DNA from: an uncultured bacterium
GTDB taxonomy: Bacteria; Zixibacteria; MSB-5A5; GN15; FEB-12
Direction: 5' to 3'
Assembly: GCA_965603125.1 (NCBI GenBank)
Contig: CBFDBU010000005.1
Coordinates: 17,359-81,358 of the forward strand
DNA length: 64,000 nt
The notes below the pieces were generated by a model, which saw nothing but the letters and a program-made list of their open reading frames with translations, was not told the origin of the DNA and did not search any database. Shown here piece by piece: positions 1 to 8,647 of this stretch. Position 1 is the stretch's first letter. Each line of letters starts with the position of its first letter. The translations under genes were made by a program, and so were the position numbers.

Positions 1-48
1 TCCCCAGGGGAGAGCCAGCACCAATGCCGTTGATTTCGGCGAGTTCAT
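1..48 (-). CDS. ABC transporter permease, N-terminal fragment running off the window start
   Basis: ATG at 48..46 overlaps the TGA stop of the upstream binding-protein gene (ATGA overlap). The reverse strand reads MNSPKSTALVLALPWG, a hydrophobic start typical of the permease that follows an SBP gene. Only 16 codons are visible. Confidence 0.35.
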   Translation of the reverse strand, partial: MNSPKSTALVLALPWG

Positions 49-1265
49 TGCCGCCTTAGCTTGTCGATCTTGATACGCGCTTTCATCAGCGACTCGGCCA
101 CTAATCCCGATCCGAACAGGGCATCTTCAACAGCCTCCTCGATGGCCGTTTCCATCTCCACCCAGTTTGGATCGACCGGTGGATGTTTGGCCATGGCGAT
201 CTGCTTGATGAACGTCTGAAGATGAATATTCGACCGGAAGTACTCATCCTCCTGAGCCGCCCTGCTTGACGGGTTGGCCGATCGGGCGGCCTTGCAGAAC
301 CTGGCCTGGTTATCGGGAGAGGTAATGAACTCTATCAGTTTCGCGGCCGCTGCTTTATGCGTGGATGCCTCTGCCAATGCCAGAAATTCACCGCCCAGGA
401 AGGAGCGTCCCGGAAACCTCGGGCCGGGCATCAGGGTGGAGACGAGATTTATGTCGCGCTTTTCGAGCTCTATCCTCTTGAGCAACCAGTCACCGGAGAG
501 AATGAAACCGATCCTGCCGTCGAGAAAGGCATCCTCGATCCCGCGCTGGGTGGCGACGTATCCGCAGGAATCGTGCAGTTCCTTGTACAGCCGCAACGCG
601 TCGGCAGCCTTCTTCGAAGACAGCACACAATACTTGTTGTCATCGGTGAAAAGCTGTGCGCCGGCAGTCCAGAAGAAGGGCAGGAATTTCTTGTACAGGC
701 GATGCTTCTCAGCCGTGTTGGAGCCCCAGCCGTAGATATCCCTTCCGAGGTTACCGATCTTGAACGCGGCTTCTTTGAACTGTTGCTGGTCGGCCGGTAT
801 GAAGTCTTTTTCATATCCCGCTTTTGTCAGCAGGTCACGGTTGGAGAAGAGCACTCGCGTACCAAGTATCCAGGGGTGGGCATAGACTTTTCCCTGATAG
901 GTGGCCATGCTCCAGCCCCGGAAATCGGCGCTGTCTTTGAGCGCGTCCGCCGTTAACTCCGCTAAGTGTCCGTGCACTGCAAACTGGGCGATCCAGTCCG
1001 AACCCAGTTCCAGAACATCGGGAGCTTTCCCGGATGCGAAGGCAATGACGATTTTCTCGTGGCCGTTGGCCCAGGTGAGGTCGGTGAGTTTTACTTTGAT
1101 GTCAGGGTTGGCCTCCTCGAACTCCTCGACCATGGCCTGTATTGTCGGCTTAACACCGGGATCGGTCCAGAACTGCCACCACTCGATTGTCTCGGATGCC
1201 TGGACACCTGCGCCAAAGAGCCAGCACAGCAGGGCCGCAAGTAAGCATCTTCTATTCATTTCCAT
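45..1265 (-). CDS. extracellular solute-binding protein, family 1 (carbohydrate-type ABC transporter)
   Basis: 406-aa ORF with an N-terminal signal peptide (LLAALLCWLFGAGVQA). Sequence is typical of sugar SBPs (IEWWQFWTDPG, GKAPDVLELGSDW). A permease start follows it. Confidence 0.85.
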   Translation of the reverse strand: MEMNRRCLLAALLCWLFGAGVQASETIEWWQFWTDPGVKPTIQAMVEEFEEANPDIKVKLTDLTWANGHEKIVIAFASGKAPDVLELGSDWIAQFAVHGHLAELTADALKDSADFRGWSMATYQGKVYAHPWILGTRVLFSNRDLLTKAGYEKDFIPADQQQFKEAAFKIGNLGRDIYGWGSNTAEKHRLYKKFLPFFWTAGAQLFTDDNKYCVLSSKKAADALRLYKELHDSCGYVATQRGIEDAFLDGRIGFILSGDWLLKRIELEKRDINLVSTLMPGPRFPGRSFLGGEFLALAEASTHKAAAAKLIEFITSPDNQARFCKAARSANPSSRAAQEDEYFRSNIHLQTFIKQIAMAKHPPVDPNWVEMETAIEEAVEDALFGSGLVAESLMKARIKIDKLRRQ

Positions 1266-1303
1266 CCTTTCCGGGTTCCATAGTCAATATCAATCAGGGT
1301 TCT

Positions 1304-1326
1304 ACAATAGGCGAAGTGCCTATTGT
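1304..1326. promoter_or_regulatory. perfect 9-bp inverted repeat, candidate operator in a divergent promoter region
   Basis: ACAATAGGC-gaagt-GCCTATTGT lies in the 118-bp gap between the divergently transcribed SBP gene and the membrane operon. Confidence 0.4.
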
Positions 1327-1383
1327 GGTCAATCAAAAAATGTTTTTGTTGATGGCGCCCCGTGGTATCGCTTCTTCTGCGGC

Positions 1384-2208
1384 ATGTCAGGCTCCTTGCT
1401 ACTGGTAATCGCCGCAACCGATCCCGCCTGGTTTGATGTCGATAAGCTGCCCGTGTTAATAGCGGCCATAGTATCGATAATTGTCATCTTTTACGCCACC
1501 TACCATCGCTCTCGCCGGGGGAAGTTCCAGGTGCGGGAGATCGCCGGACTGAAAGCGGTAGAGGACGCCATCGGCCGCTGCACCGAGATGGCCCGACCGC
1601 TGCTGTTCACACCCGGATGGGGCGGAGACATTCAGCGCCCGACGACAATCGCATCCATGAACATCCTGGCCCACGTGGCGGAGAAAACCGCCCGTTATGA
1701 CTGCCGGCTGGTTTACCCCACCCACGACCCGGTCATTATGACGGTAGCGCAGGAAGTGACGCGGGAGGCATACGCCCAAACCGGGTGCGCCGACCGTTAT
1801 CGCCAGGACGACATATCCTACGTCACATCGTCCCAATTCGGTTATGCGGCGGCGGTCGACGGCCTGATCAGCCGCTTGAAGCCGGCCTCGGTGTTTCTGC
1901 TGGGGACATTCGAGGCGGAGTCGCTGATTTTAGCCGAGACCGGCAACAATGTCGGCGCCATTCAGATAGCGGGAACCGATTCCACCATCCAGCTTTCGTT
2001 CTTTATTGTCGCCTGCGACTACACCCTCATCGGGGAGGAACTGTTTGCAGCCTCGGGTTACTTGTCCGGAGATGATTCCATCTTGGCGTCGGTGCGGGCA
2101 CAGGACATGCTCAAAGTGCTGATTGGGCTTCTTCTGGTGGTGGCCGTTGTCTGGAATACGATCTGTGAGCTAACCGGTGCCACCGAACAATCCTGGTGGA
2201 GTTTTTGA
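1384..2208 (+). CDS. membrane protein of unknown function (operon gene A; N- and C-terminal TM helices around a soluble domain)
   Basis: The first in-frame ATG that does not overlap the opposite-strand SBP gene. Hydrophobic segments LLLVIAATD...IAAIVSIIVIFYATY and VLIGLLLVVAVVWNTI. The stop TGA shares one nucleotide with the next ATG (TGATG). Confidence 0.6.
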   Translation: MSGSLLLVIAATDPAWFDVDKLPVLIAAIVSIIVIFYATYHRSRRGKFQVREIAGLKAVEDAIGRCTEMARPLLFTPGWGGDIQRPTTIASMNILAHVAEKTARYDCRLVYPTHDPVIMTVAQEVTREAYAQTGCADRYRQDDISYVTSSQFGYAAAVDGLISRLKPASVFLLGTFEAESLILAETGNNVGAIQIAGTDSTIQLSFFIVACDYTLIGEELFAASGYLSGDDSILASVRAQDMLKVLIGLLLVVAVVWNTICELTGATEQSWWSF

Positions 2209-2828
2209 TGAACCGCAGGGTAGCCCTGGTGATCTGTTTCGGATTCGGGGTGGTCATGTTCGCCCAGTATTTCTCGCAGCACCCCCTGGCGCGAGGGGTC
2301 AATCAGGCGGTGCTGGAGTACTGGCAAATCATTTTTGCTTTTGCGCTGTTGCTCGGCGTGGTGAGCTTCTTTCAAAACAACGTCAGACAGATCAGGCATG
2401 GCAGCGACCGTCCCTATCGTATCGTTTCGCTCATCGGCCTGCTGGCGATGCCGGTTGTGGCTGTGATCGGGCGCATCGGAGCCGGCAGCCCGTTTCTATG
2501 GATTTTCGAGAATGTTCAGGCACCGATGCAGTCCACCGTCTTCGCGCTGTTGGCTTTCTTTGTCGCCTCGGCGTCCTTTCGCGGCTTCCGGGCACGGTCG
2601 GTTCCGGCGGCGATACTGCTCGGAGCGGCCATACTCATTCTCCTGAGCCGCAGCGCTATCGGCGGACCGCTTTCCGGCTGGCTGCCCGACGCCGCCGACT
2701 GGATACGTCACCAGCCTTCGATGGCCGCCAGGCGGGCGATACTGATCGGGATCGGCCTGGGCTCGCTCACGACTTCGCTGCGGGTGATAGTGGGAATCGA
2801 ACGCACGTGGCTGGGGGGGGGAAAGTGA
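2208..2828 (+). CDS. polytopic membrane protein of unknown function (operon gene B)
   Basis: About 206 aa with 5-6 hydrophobic helices. ATG at 2208 overlaps the gene A stop; an alternative GTG lies at 2196. Confidence 0.6.
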   Translation: MNRRVALVICFGFGVVMFAQYFSQHPLARGVNQAVLEYWQIIFAFALLLGVVSFFQNNVRQIRHGSDRPYRIVSLIGLLAMPVVAVIGRIGAGSPFLWIFENVQAPMQSTVFALLAFFVASASFRGFRARSVPAAILLGAAILILLSRSAIGGPLSGWLPDAADWIRHQPSMAARRAILIGIGLGSLTTSLRVIVGIERTWLGGGK

Positions 2829-3637
2829 ACCGCGTTGTCTCCCGCCACTGGATTTTTCTGGGGCTGTTCGTTCTTGTCGCCCTGGCGATGGGTTCCGGCA
2901 TCAGGTTGGATACTCCCGTATCCGATCGGACGGCGGAACTCTATGATTTTATTGAATCGCTCCCGGAAGGCTCGGTGCTGCTTGTTTCGTTCGATCACGA
3001 GGCCTCATCACTTCCGGAAATCAGGCCTATCGGCCAGGCCCTGCTGCGACATGCCTTCCGCAAAAATCATCGGCTGATCGGAATGGCGCTGTTGGCAGAA
3101 GGAACCGCTATCGGCTACCGTCTCATGCAGCAGGCTGCCGCAGAATACGGCAAGGAATACGGCAAAGATTACGCCTACTTAGGATTCAAGCCTCAGTACA
3201 TCGCCGCCATTCTATCCATGGGCGAATCGATCCCGGCTACCTTTCCAAAGGATTACCTGGGTCGGCCCTACGAAAGCCTGAAGGCTCTCGACGGCGTTGC
3301 CACTTATGCCGACGTGGCCGGGGTCTTGTCGATAGCCGACGGCTCACTCACCACCCACTGGATGGAATACGGCCGGGCTCGCTACGGCGTAAGAGTCGTG
3401 TCCGGTGTAACGGCGGCCATGGTGACCACGTACGATCCGTATTTAGCATCTGGTCAGATGTATGCCATGATGGGCGGTCTGCGCGGCGCGGCCGAGTACG
3501 AGGATCTCATCGCACGCCCCGGCGGTGGGAAACGGGGCATGCTGGCCCAGACGGCCACGCACTTGTACGTGATCGTCCTCATAGGGCTGGGCAACCTGTC
3601 CTATTTCCTGGCGCGTCGAAAGAAGGAAACAAGCTGA
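2825..3637 (+). CDS. bitopic membrane protein with a large extracytoplasmic domain, unknown function (operon gene C)
   Basis: GTG at 2825 overlaps the gene B stop (GTGA). N-terminal TM HWIFLGLFVLVALAMG and C-terminal TM LYVIVLIGLGNLSYFLA. The part of ORF 2177..3637 upstream of this GTG overlaps gene B and looks non-coding. Confidence 0.6.
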   Translation: MNRVVSRHWIFLGLFVLVALAMGSGIRLDTPVSDRTAELYDFIESLPEGSVLLVSFDHEASSLPEIRPIGQALLRHAFRKNHRLIGMALLAEGTAIGYRLMQQAAAEYGKEYGKDYAYLGFKPQYIAAILSMGESIPATFPKDYLGRPYESLKALDGVATYADVAGVLSIADGSLTTHWMEYGRARYGVRVVSGVTAAMVTTYDPYLASGQMYAMMGGLRGAAEYEDLIARPGGGKRGMLAQTATHLYVIVLIGLGNLSYFLARRKKETS

Positions 3638-4251
3638 TGGATATCGGGACTGTCATTGCCGGTGTTCTGACGCTGGCCGTTCTTTCGTTTCTGTATCGGG
3701 ACAACCCGGTCTACAAGATGGCTGAGTCCCTTCTCATCGGTGTTTCCATCGGGTACACGCTGGTCGTCATCTGGTCGTCCACGTTGGTTGATTTGCTGCT
3801 CCGGCCGCTCTTTCTCGACGGGATGCTTCCGTTGATCATACCACTTGTTCTGGGCCTTCTGATGTTCGGTCGTTTCCATCGCACAACCTCATCGCTGTCG
3901 CGGCTGCCGATTGCGGTGATGATCGGTTCCGGCGCCGGAGTGGCCATACCGGCGATGCTGGACGCCAGAACGCTGAAACAATTGTCGGCGACCGTAATGC
4001 CGGTGGTGACGGCATCAGGGATTCCCGATCTGTCGGCGATTGTCATAATCTGCGGCGTGGTGACGACCCTGTGCTATTTCTATTTCAGCCGTGAGCACAA
4101 GGGAGCGCTGGGATCGGCCGCCACCGTCGGCACCTGGTTTCTCATGGTATTTTTCGGCACCACCTTCGGATACACGGTGATGTCGCGGATGTCCACGTTT
4201 ATCGGGCGCATGGAGTTCCTGCTGACCGAGTTCCTGCACATCGCGAACTGA
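3637..4251 (+). CDS. polytopic membrane protein of unknown function (operon gene D)
   Basis: 204 aa with about 6 hydrophobic helices. ATG shares one nucleotide with the gene C stop (TGATG). Confidence 0.6.
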   Translation: MDIGTVIAGVLTLAVLSFLYRDNPVYKMAESLLIGVSIGYTLVVIWSSTLVDLLLRPLFLDGMLPLIIPLVLGLLMFGRFHRTTSSLSRLPIAVMIGSGAGVAIPAMLDARTLKQLSATVMPVVTASGIPDLSAIVIICGVVTTLCYFYFSREHKGALGSAATVGTWFLMVFFGTTFGYTVMSRMSTFIGRMEFLLTEFLHIAN

Positions 4252-4340
4252 GCGCCGGTAACATGCCGACTCCCCACAGTGACCAGCAATGTCGTCGTGA
4301 AACCTGAAACTGTGTGAGCAGCGCCTCGTAAAGCTTGTAA

Positions 4341-5165
4341 ATGACAGCGATGAAATCAGACGCGGACAAAACGGGAAAAACACCCGGCACCGGCGCGATG
4401 GATATCAGAGTCGGTACTTCGGGCTACAGTTTCGAGGACTGGCGCGGCCCGTTCTATCCCGAGCGAATCGACAAGGGGAAGATGCTCGATCACTACGTTC
4501 AGTATTTTCGCACGGTGGAGATCAACTCCACATATTATCGCATTCCCCATCCGGCCGTGATGGCCAACATCGTCAGGAAAGCTCCCCGTGGTTTTGATTT
4601 CATGGTCAAAGTGCCCCAGTCCTTTACTCACCGCCGGACCGACCTGGAAGAGGACCTCGGTCCTTACCGGGATGCCCTGGAGCCGATGATGGAGTCGGGC
4701 AAGTTAGCGGGTCTGCTGGCGCAGTTTCCCTACTCGTTCAAGTTCAGCCGGGACGAACTGGATTACCTGTCCATCTGCCGGGAAGCGCTTTCGCCGCATC
4801 GGCTGTTTGTCGAGTTCAGGCATGAGGGCTGGGTCAATCGCGAGATGTACGACCGCCTCAAGGCTGAGGGCATCGGCTATGTTTGTGTCGACGAGCCGCA
4901 GTTGCGCGGTTTGCTCAGGCCGGACTGTTTCGCTACCACCGACACGGCCTATGTCCGCCTGCACGGCCGCAACGCCGAGCAATGGTGGGACGGGGGCCCC
5001 CTGCGCTACGACTACAGCTACTCGCAGGAAGAACTGCGCGAGTGGAAACAGAAGATTGAGAAACTCAGGGCGAAGATCAGCGCCGCGTACGTTTTTTTCA
5101 ACAACTGCCACCTGGGGCAGGCGGCCGGCAACGCTCTGGACTTCACTCGTCTCCTCGGAGAGTGA
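4341..5165 (+). CDS. DUF72 (YecE-like) family protein
   Basis: IRVGTSGYSFEDWRGPFYP, YFRTVEINSTYY and FEFRHEGW are characteristic of the DUF72 TIM-barrel family. The true start may be the ATG at 4398 (MDIRVGTSGY). Confidence 0.8.
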   Translation: MTAMKSDADKTGKTPGTGAMDIRVGTSGYSFEDWRGPFYPERIDKGKMLDHYVQYFRTVEINSTYYRIPHPAVMANIVRKAPRGFDFMVKVPQSFTHRRTDLEEDLGPYRDALEPMMESGKLAGLLAQFPYSFKFSRDELDYLSICREALSPHRLFVEFRHEGWVNREMYDRLKAEGIGYVCVDEPQLRGLLRPDCFATTDTAYVRLHGRNAEQWWDGGPLRYDYSYSQEELREWKQKIEKLRAKISAAYVFFNNCHLGQAAGNALDFTRLLGE

Positions 5166-5192
5166 ATCGGATAACGTCAGATTCAGCCAGCA

Positions 5193-5256
5193 GTAGGTCG
5201 AGACCCCTGCGGTCTCGACAGATTCATGTGTCAGAACCACAGGGGTTCTGACCTAC
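5193..5256. repeat. REPIN-like double-hairpin palindrome, copy 1
   Basis: GTAGGTCGAGACCCCTGCGGTCTCGAC-agattcatgt-GTCAGAACCACAGGGGTTCTGACCTAC. Confidence 0.8.
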
Positions 5257-5299
5257 AGGACTCGGAGAGTGAATCGGATAACGTCAGATTCAGCCAGCA

Positions 5300-5363
5300 G
5301 TAGGTCGAGACCCCTGCGGTCTCGACAGATTCATGTGTCAGAACCACAGGGGTTCTGACCTAC
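5300..5363. repeat. REPIN-like double-hairpin palindrome, copy 2
   Basis: Identical to copy 1, 107 bp downstream. Confidence 0.8.
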
Positions 5364-5438
5364 AGGACTCGGAGAGTGAATCGGATAACGACAGTTTTTG
5401 GTTGACGGCCACCCCAAAACGAGGTATCAACGCCGGGT

Positions 5439-6371
5439 ATGTTCCTGAAACTGGACAGGATTTGCAAGACGTTCGGCGACAAAGTCGCCGTGGACAACTT
5501 GTCGCTTGAAGTGCCAGAGGGAGTTCTGTATGGTATCATCGGCCCCAACGGTGCCGGCAAGACGACGACTATACGTATGGTCATGGATATCACCGCGCCC
5601 GACTCCGGCCGGGTGCTTATCGACGGCAACCGCCCGGACAGGCGTTTCCGGAATCGTGTGGGCTATCTCCCGGAGGAACGAGGTCTCTACAGAAAGATGA
5701 CTCTCTTAGAGGTCATGCTGTACATGGCCGAACTCAAGGGATATCCGGCCCGAACCGTCAGGGAAAACTGTGACCAGTGGCTTCAGCGCATGGACCTTCT
5801 GGAATACAAATACAAGAAGGTCGAGGAGCTCTCCAAGGGAATGCAGCAGAAGCTCCAGTTCATCACGACCATCCTGCACGACCCTGACCTGATTATCCTC
5901 GACGAACTCTTTTCCGGTCTCGATCCCCTGAACATAGAGCTTATCAAGGGTATCCTGCTGGAGCTCAAACGGGCCGGCAAGACCATCCTGTTTTCGACCC
6001 ACGTCATGGAACAGGCCGAGAAGTTATGCGATCATATCTGCATGATATCCCGGGGCCGCAAGGTTATCGACGGCAGCATGGCCGAGGTCAGGAGCCGTTT
6101 CGGAAAAAACTCCATACGACTGGAGGTCGTCGGCGACAGCGGATTTGTCTCGTCGCTGGCAGGGATCAGAAAGGTCACCGATTTCAATAACTACCTTGAA
6201 CTGGAGCTTGAAGGGGGGGCGGACACCGACGCCATATTAAAGTCCGTAGCACAGAGAGTCTCGGTGCGTCGCTTTGCCCTGGTGGAACCTTCACTGTACA
6301 GCATCTTCATCGACATGGCCGGCGGCGAACCTGCTGATCCCGGCGGCGCAGGGGAGGTGGCCGATGTCTAA
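5439..6371 (+). CDS. ABC transporter ATP-binding protein (ABC-2 / NatA-like exporter subunit)
   Basis: Walker A GPNGAGKTT, signature LSKGMQQK, Walker B LIILDELFSGLD. Confidence 0.9.
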   Translation: MFLKLDRICKTFGDKVAVDNLSLEVPEGVLYGIIGPNGAGKTTTIRMVMDITAPDSGRVLIDGNRPDRRFRNRVGYLPEERGLYRKMTLLEVMLYMAELKGYPARTVRENCDQWLQRMDLLEYKYKKVEELSKGMQQKLQFITTILHDPDLIILDELFSGLDPLNIELIKGILLELKRAGKTILFSTHVMEQAEKLCDHICMISRGRKVIDGSMAEVRSRFGKNSIRLEVVGDSGFVSSLAGIRKVTDFNNYLELELEGGADTDAILKSVAQRVSVRRFALVEPSLYSIFIDMAGGEPADPGGAGEVADV

Positions 6372-7677
6372 GTTCCTCGTGGTATTCAAGCGGGAATACG
6401 CACAGGTGGTGAAGAAGAAGTCCTTCATCGCGGGGATATTCCTGACCCCGGTGTTGATGGCCGCCCTCGTGATGCTGCCGGCCTTCCTTGCTCGACAGAA
6501 GGCGTCCGAGACGGAACACCTGGCCGTCATCGATCAGTCCGGCTGCGAGATTGGAGCCGGTTTCGCTAAGGCGCTCGAACGCTACTTCATCGATGACGAA
6601 GAGACCGTCCCGTACTATGCGGTCGAAAGGATCTTTGAACTCGATCGGGTCGACTCATCGGGTCGCGCTGCTGTCGAAGACTCTCTGCGCCGACTTATCA
6701 ACGACAAGGAGTTGAAGTATTTTCTTGTTGTGGGGGAGGGAACCTCCGGGGGCGATGCCGACCTCTACCTGGTTACAAACTCGGACAACTTCCGGTCGAT
6801 CAGCCGGTTTGAACAAAGGCTGTCCGATCTGCTCTCGGCCAGGCGACTTGAGAAATCGAACGTCAACCTGTCGATCGACTCGGTGCTCAGCCTGACCCAG
6901 CCGATCGACCTGACCATCCAGGACGCCAAGGGAGAGTCAATCCCGTTTATGGTCAAGTATTTCAGCGCCCTTGTCTTTGTGGGCATCATGTTCGGCATGA
7001 TGATAGGCTACGGCCAGCTTGTCATGCGGTCCGTCATTGAAGAGAAGAACTCGCGCATCATGGAGGTATTGATCTCGTCGGTCAGCCCCTTCCAGTTGAT
7101 GTTGGGGAAGATCATGGGGCTGGGCGCGGCCACACTCACCCAGGTCGCGATCTGGTTCGCACTGGGGGCGGTCATGTTTATGATGAGGAGTGCGGTGAGT
7201 GTTGATCCCTCGATCGACCGCATCGTATTCGACCCGGTCATCATCGTGTTCTTCATACTGTTTTTGGTATCGGGTTACCTGTTGTTCTCGACGTTGTTTG
7301 CCCTGGTCGGTTCGATCGTCAACACCGAGAAAGAAGCGCAGAACTTCGTAGCCCCGATCACAATACTGATGGTCCTGCCCTTCCTGCTGGGCATAGCGGT
7401 AGTGCAGGAACCCAACTCCACGCTAGCGGTGGTGCTGTCTTTGTTTCCTTTCACGGCGCCGACCATGATGATGATGCGGGTGGTGTTTATCGCGCCAACC
7501 GTGACCGAGCATTCCTTGTTCTCCGGTATTGCCGCTGAGGCGACCCTCAGTTTCCTTATCGTGGTGGCTGCGGTGGCCGGCATGATCTGGCTCACCAGCA
7601 GGATTTTCCGCGTCGGCATTCTGATGTACGGCAAGAGGCCGACTTTGCCCGAGATCATCAAATGGGTTAAATACTGA
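6364..7677 (+). CDS. ABC-2 type transporter permease (NatB-like)
   Basis: ATG at 6364 overlaps the ATPase stop. N-terminal TM, a large extracytoplasmic loop, then 5 C-terminal TM helices, the typical ABC-2 permease layout. Confidence 0.8.
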   Translation: MSKFLVVFKREYAQVVKKKSFIAGIFLTPVLMAALVMLPAFLARQKASETEHLAVIDQSGCEIGAGFAKALERYFIDDEETVPYYAVERIFELDRVDSSGRAAVEDSLRRLINDKELKYFLVVGEGTSGGDADLYLVTNSDNFRSISRFEQRLSDLLSARRLEKSNVNLSIDSVLSLTQPIDLTIQDAKGESIPFMVKYFSALVFVGIMFGMMIGYGQLVMRSVIEEKNSRIMEVLISSVSPFQLMLGKIMGLGAATLTQVAIWFALGAVMFMMRSAVSVDPSIDRIVFDPVIIVFFILFLVSGYLLFSTLFALVGSIVNTEKEAQNFVAPITILMVLPFLLGIAVVQEPNSTLAVVLSLFPFTAPTMMMMRVVFIAPTVTEHSLFSGIAAEATLSFLIVVAAVAGMIWLTSRIFRVGILMYGKRPTLPEIIKWVKY

Positions 7678-7696
7678 GCGGGGAGGTGTCGATCTG

Positions 7697-8602
7697 ATGA
7701 GTATGAGGACATACGGCTTCTTCGGCAAGACGAGCTTCCTGTTGGGCGTGATTCTTTTCTTTTTCGCGGCCACCGTTTGTTTTCTCGAACCAACTGACGG
7801 TCATACCGGAGCCACTCTGAACACCGGCTACCACTTCGATTTCGACCAGGTGAGCAAAGGCCCCTATCTGAATCTGAAGAGCGCCATACTCGTGAACTAC
7901 GACAACGGAGAAGTCCTGTACGCCAAGAACGCCGACCTGGTTCGCCCGGTAGCCTCCATAAGCAAACTGGTCGCCGCCATGGTGGTGCTCGACAAAGGGA
8001 TTGACCTGAACCGCACCGCGATCATTACCCGCGAGGACGCCCGCCGCTCGTCACGCTCGCGACTTCGCGTGGGCAGTAAGCTGAGCCTGCTTGATCTGCT
8101 TCACGCCGCTCTGATCAGTTCTGACAACCGGGCCACCCGTGCTCTGGCGCGCGCCACCTCCGGTTCGATTGACGCCTTTGGGCGGGAGATGAACGACAAA
8201 GCCGAGCGGATGGGTCTTGAACACACCGTCTTCTACGAACCGACCGGCCTGGACACGCGCAATGTGTCAACCGCTCACGAGGTAGCCAGGATTATCCACT
8301 ATGCCTGTGATTATGATGCGATCGCCAGGATCACCTCGTTGAAAACACATAGGGTGAAACTGCTCAATAGAAAGAACAGTTACTGTAATCTGTCCAATAC
8401 CAATCGCCTGCTCTGGTCGCCCTACCGGGTCCTGGCCGGCAAAACCGGCTACATTCGCGCGGCCGACTACTGCCTGACCGCCCTGGTCAGGAACAGTAAA
8501 GGGGAGAGGCTCACGCTTGTTACTCTCGGCGTTCCCGGCGACAGACTTCGTTTCAAGGAATCCCGGCGCCTGCTGGACTGGGGCTTTCGGAAGGTCTCGT
8601 AA
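7697..8602 (+). CDS. D-alanyl-D-alanine carboxypeptidase/endopeptidase (peptidase S11, low-MW PBP)
   Basis: SxxK (ASISKL), SxN (SSDNRA) and KTG (GKTGYI) motifs in the correct order, plus a signal/anchor sequence. Confidence 0.85.
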   Translation: MSMRTYGFFGKTSFLLGVILFFFAATVCFLEPTDGHTGATLNTGYHFDFDQVSKGPYLNLKSAILVNYDNGEVLYAKNADLVRPVASISKLVAAMVVLDKGIDLNRTAIITREDARRSSRSRLRVGSKLSLLDLLHAALISSDNRATRALARATSGSIDAFGREMNDKAERMGLEHTVFYEPTGLDTRNVSTAHEVARIIHYACDYDAIARITSLKTHRVKLLNRKNSYCNLSNTNRLLWSPYRVLAGKTGYIRAADYCLTALVRNSKGERLTLVTLGVPGDRLRFKESRRLLDWGFRKVS

Positions 8603-8647
8603 TTATTGGTTGGCAATTCCGTCGACGCCGGCTATACTATTTGATTA

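Larger units (their letters stand above)
5154..5390. repeat. tandem direct repeat, 107-bp unit x 2.2
   Basis: Units start at 5154, 5261 and 5368 (the last is partial) and look identical by eye over the compared length. Each unit is the last 12 nt of DUF72 including its TGA, 27 nt more, then one 64-bp REPIN-like palindrome and 4 nt more. Confidence 0.95.

Noticed and set aside
901-1383. N-terminal 161 codons of ORF 901..2208. The upstream parts of ORFs 2177..3637 and 6274..7677 are similar cases.
   Set aside because: These extensions overlap strongly supported genes on the other strand or in another frame. Internal starts at 1384, 2825 and 6364 give clean stop-start junctions.
5154-5390. Possible CRISPR array, because of regularly spaced palindromic repeats.
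   Set aside because: There are only 2.2 units. The 43-nt 'spacers' are identical to each other and include the end of the DUF72 gene. The repeat is 64 bp and belongs to a dispersed family, and no cas genes are present.
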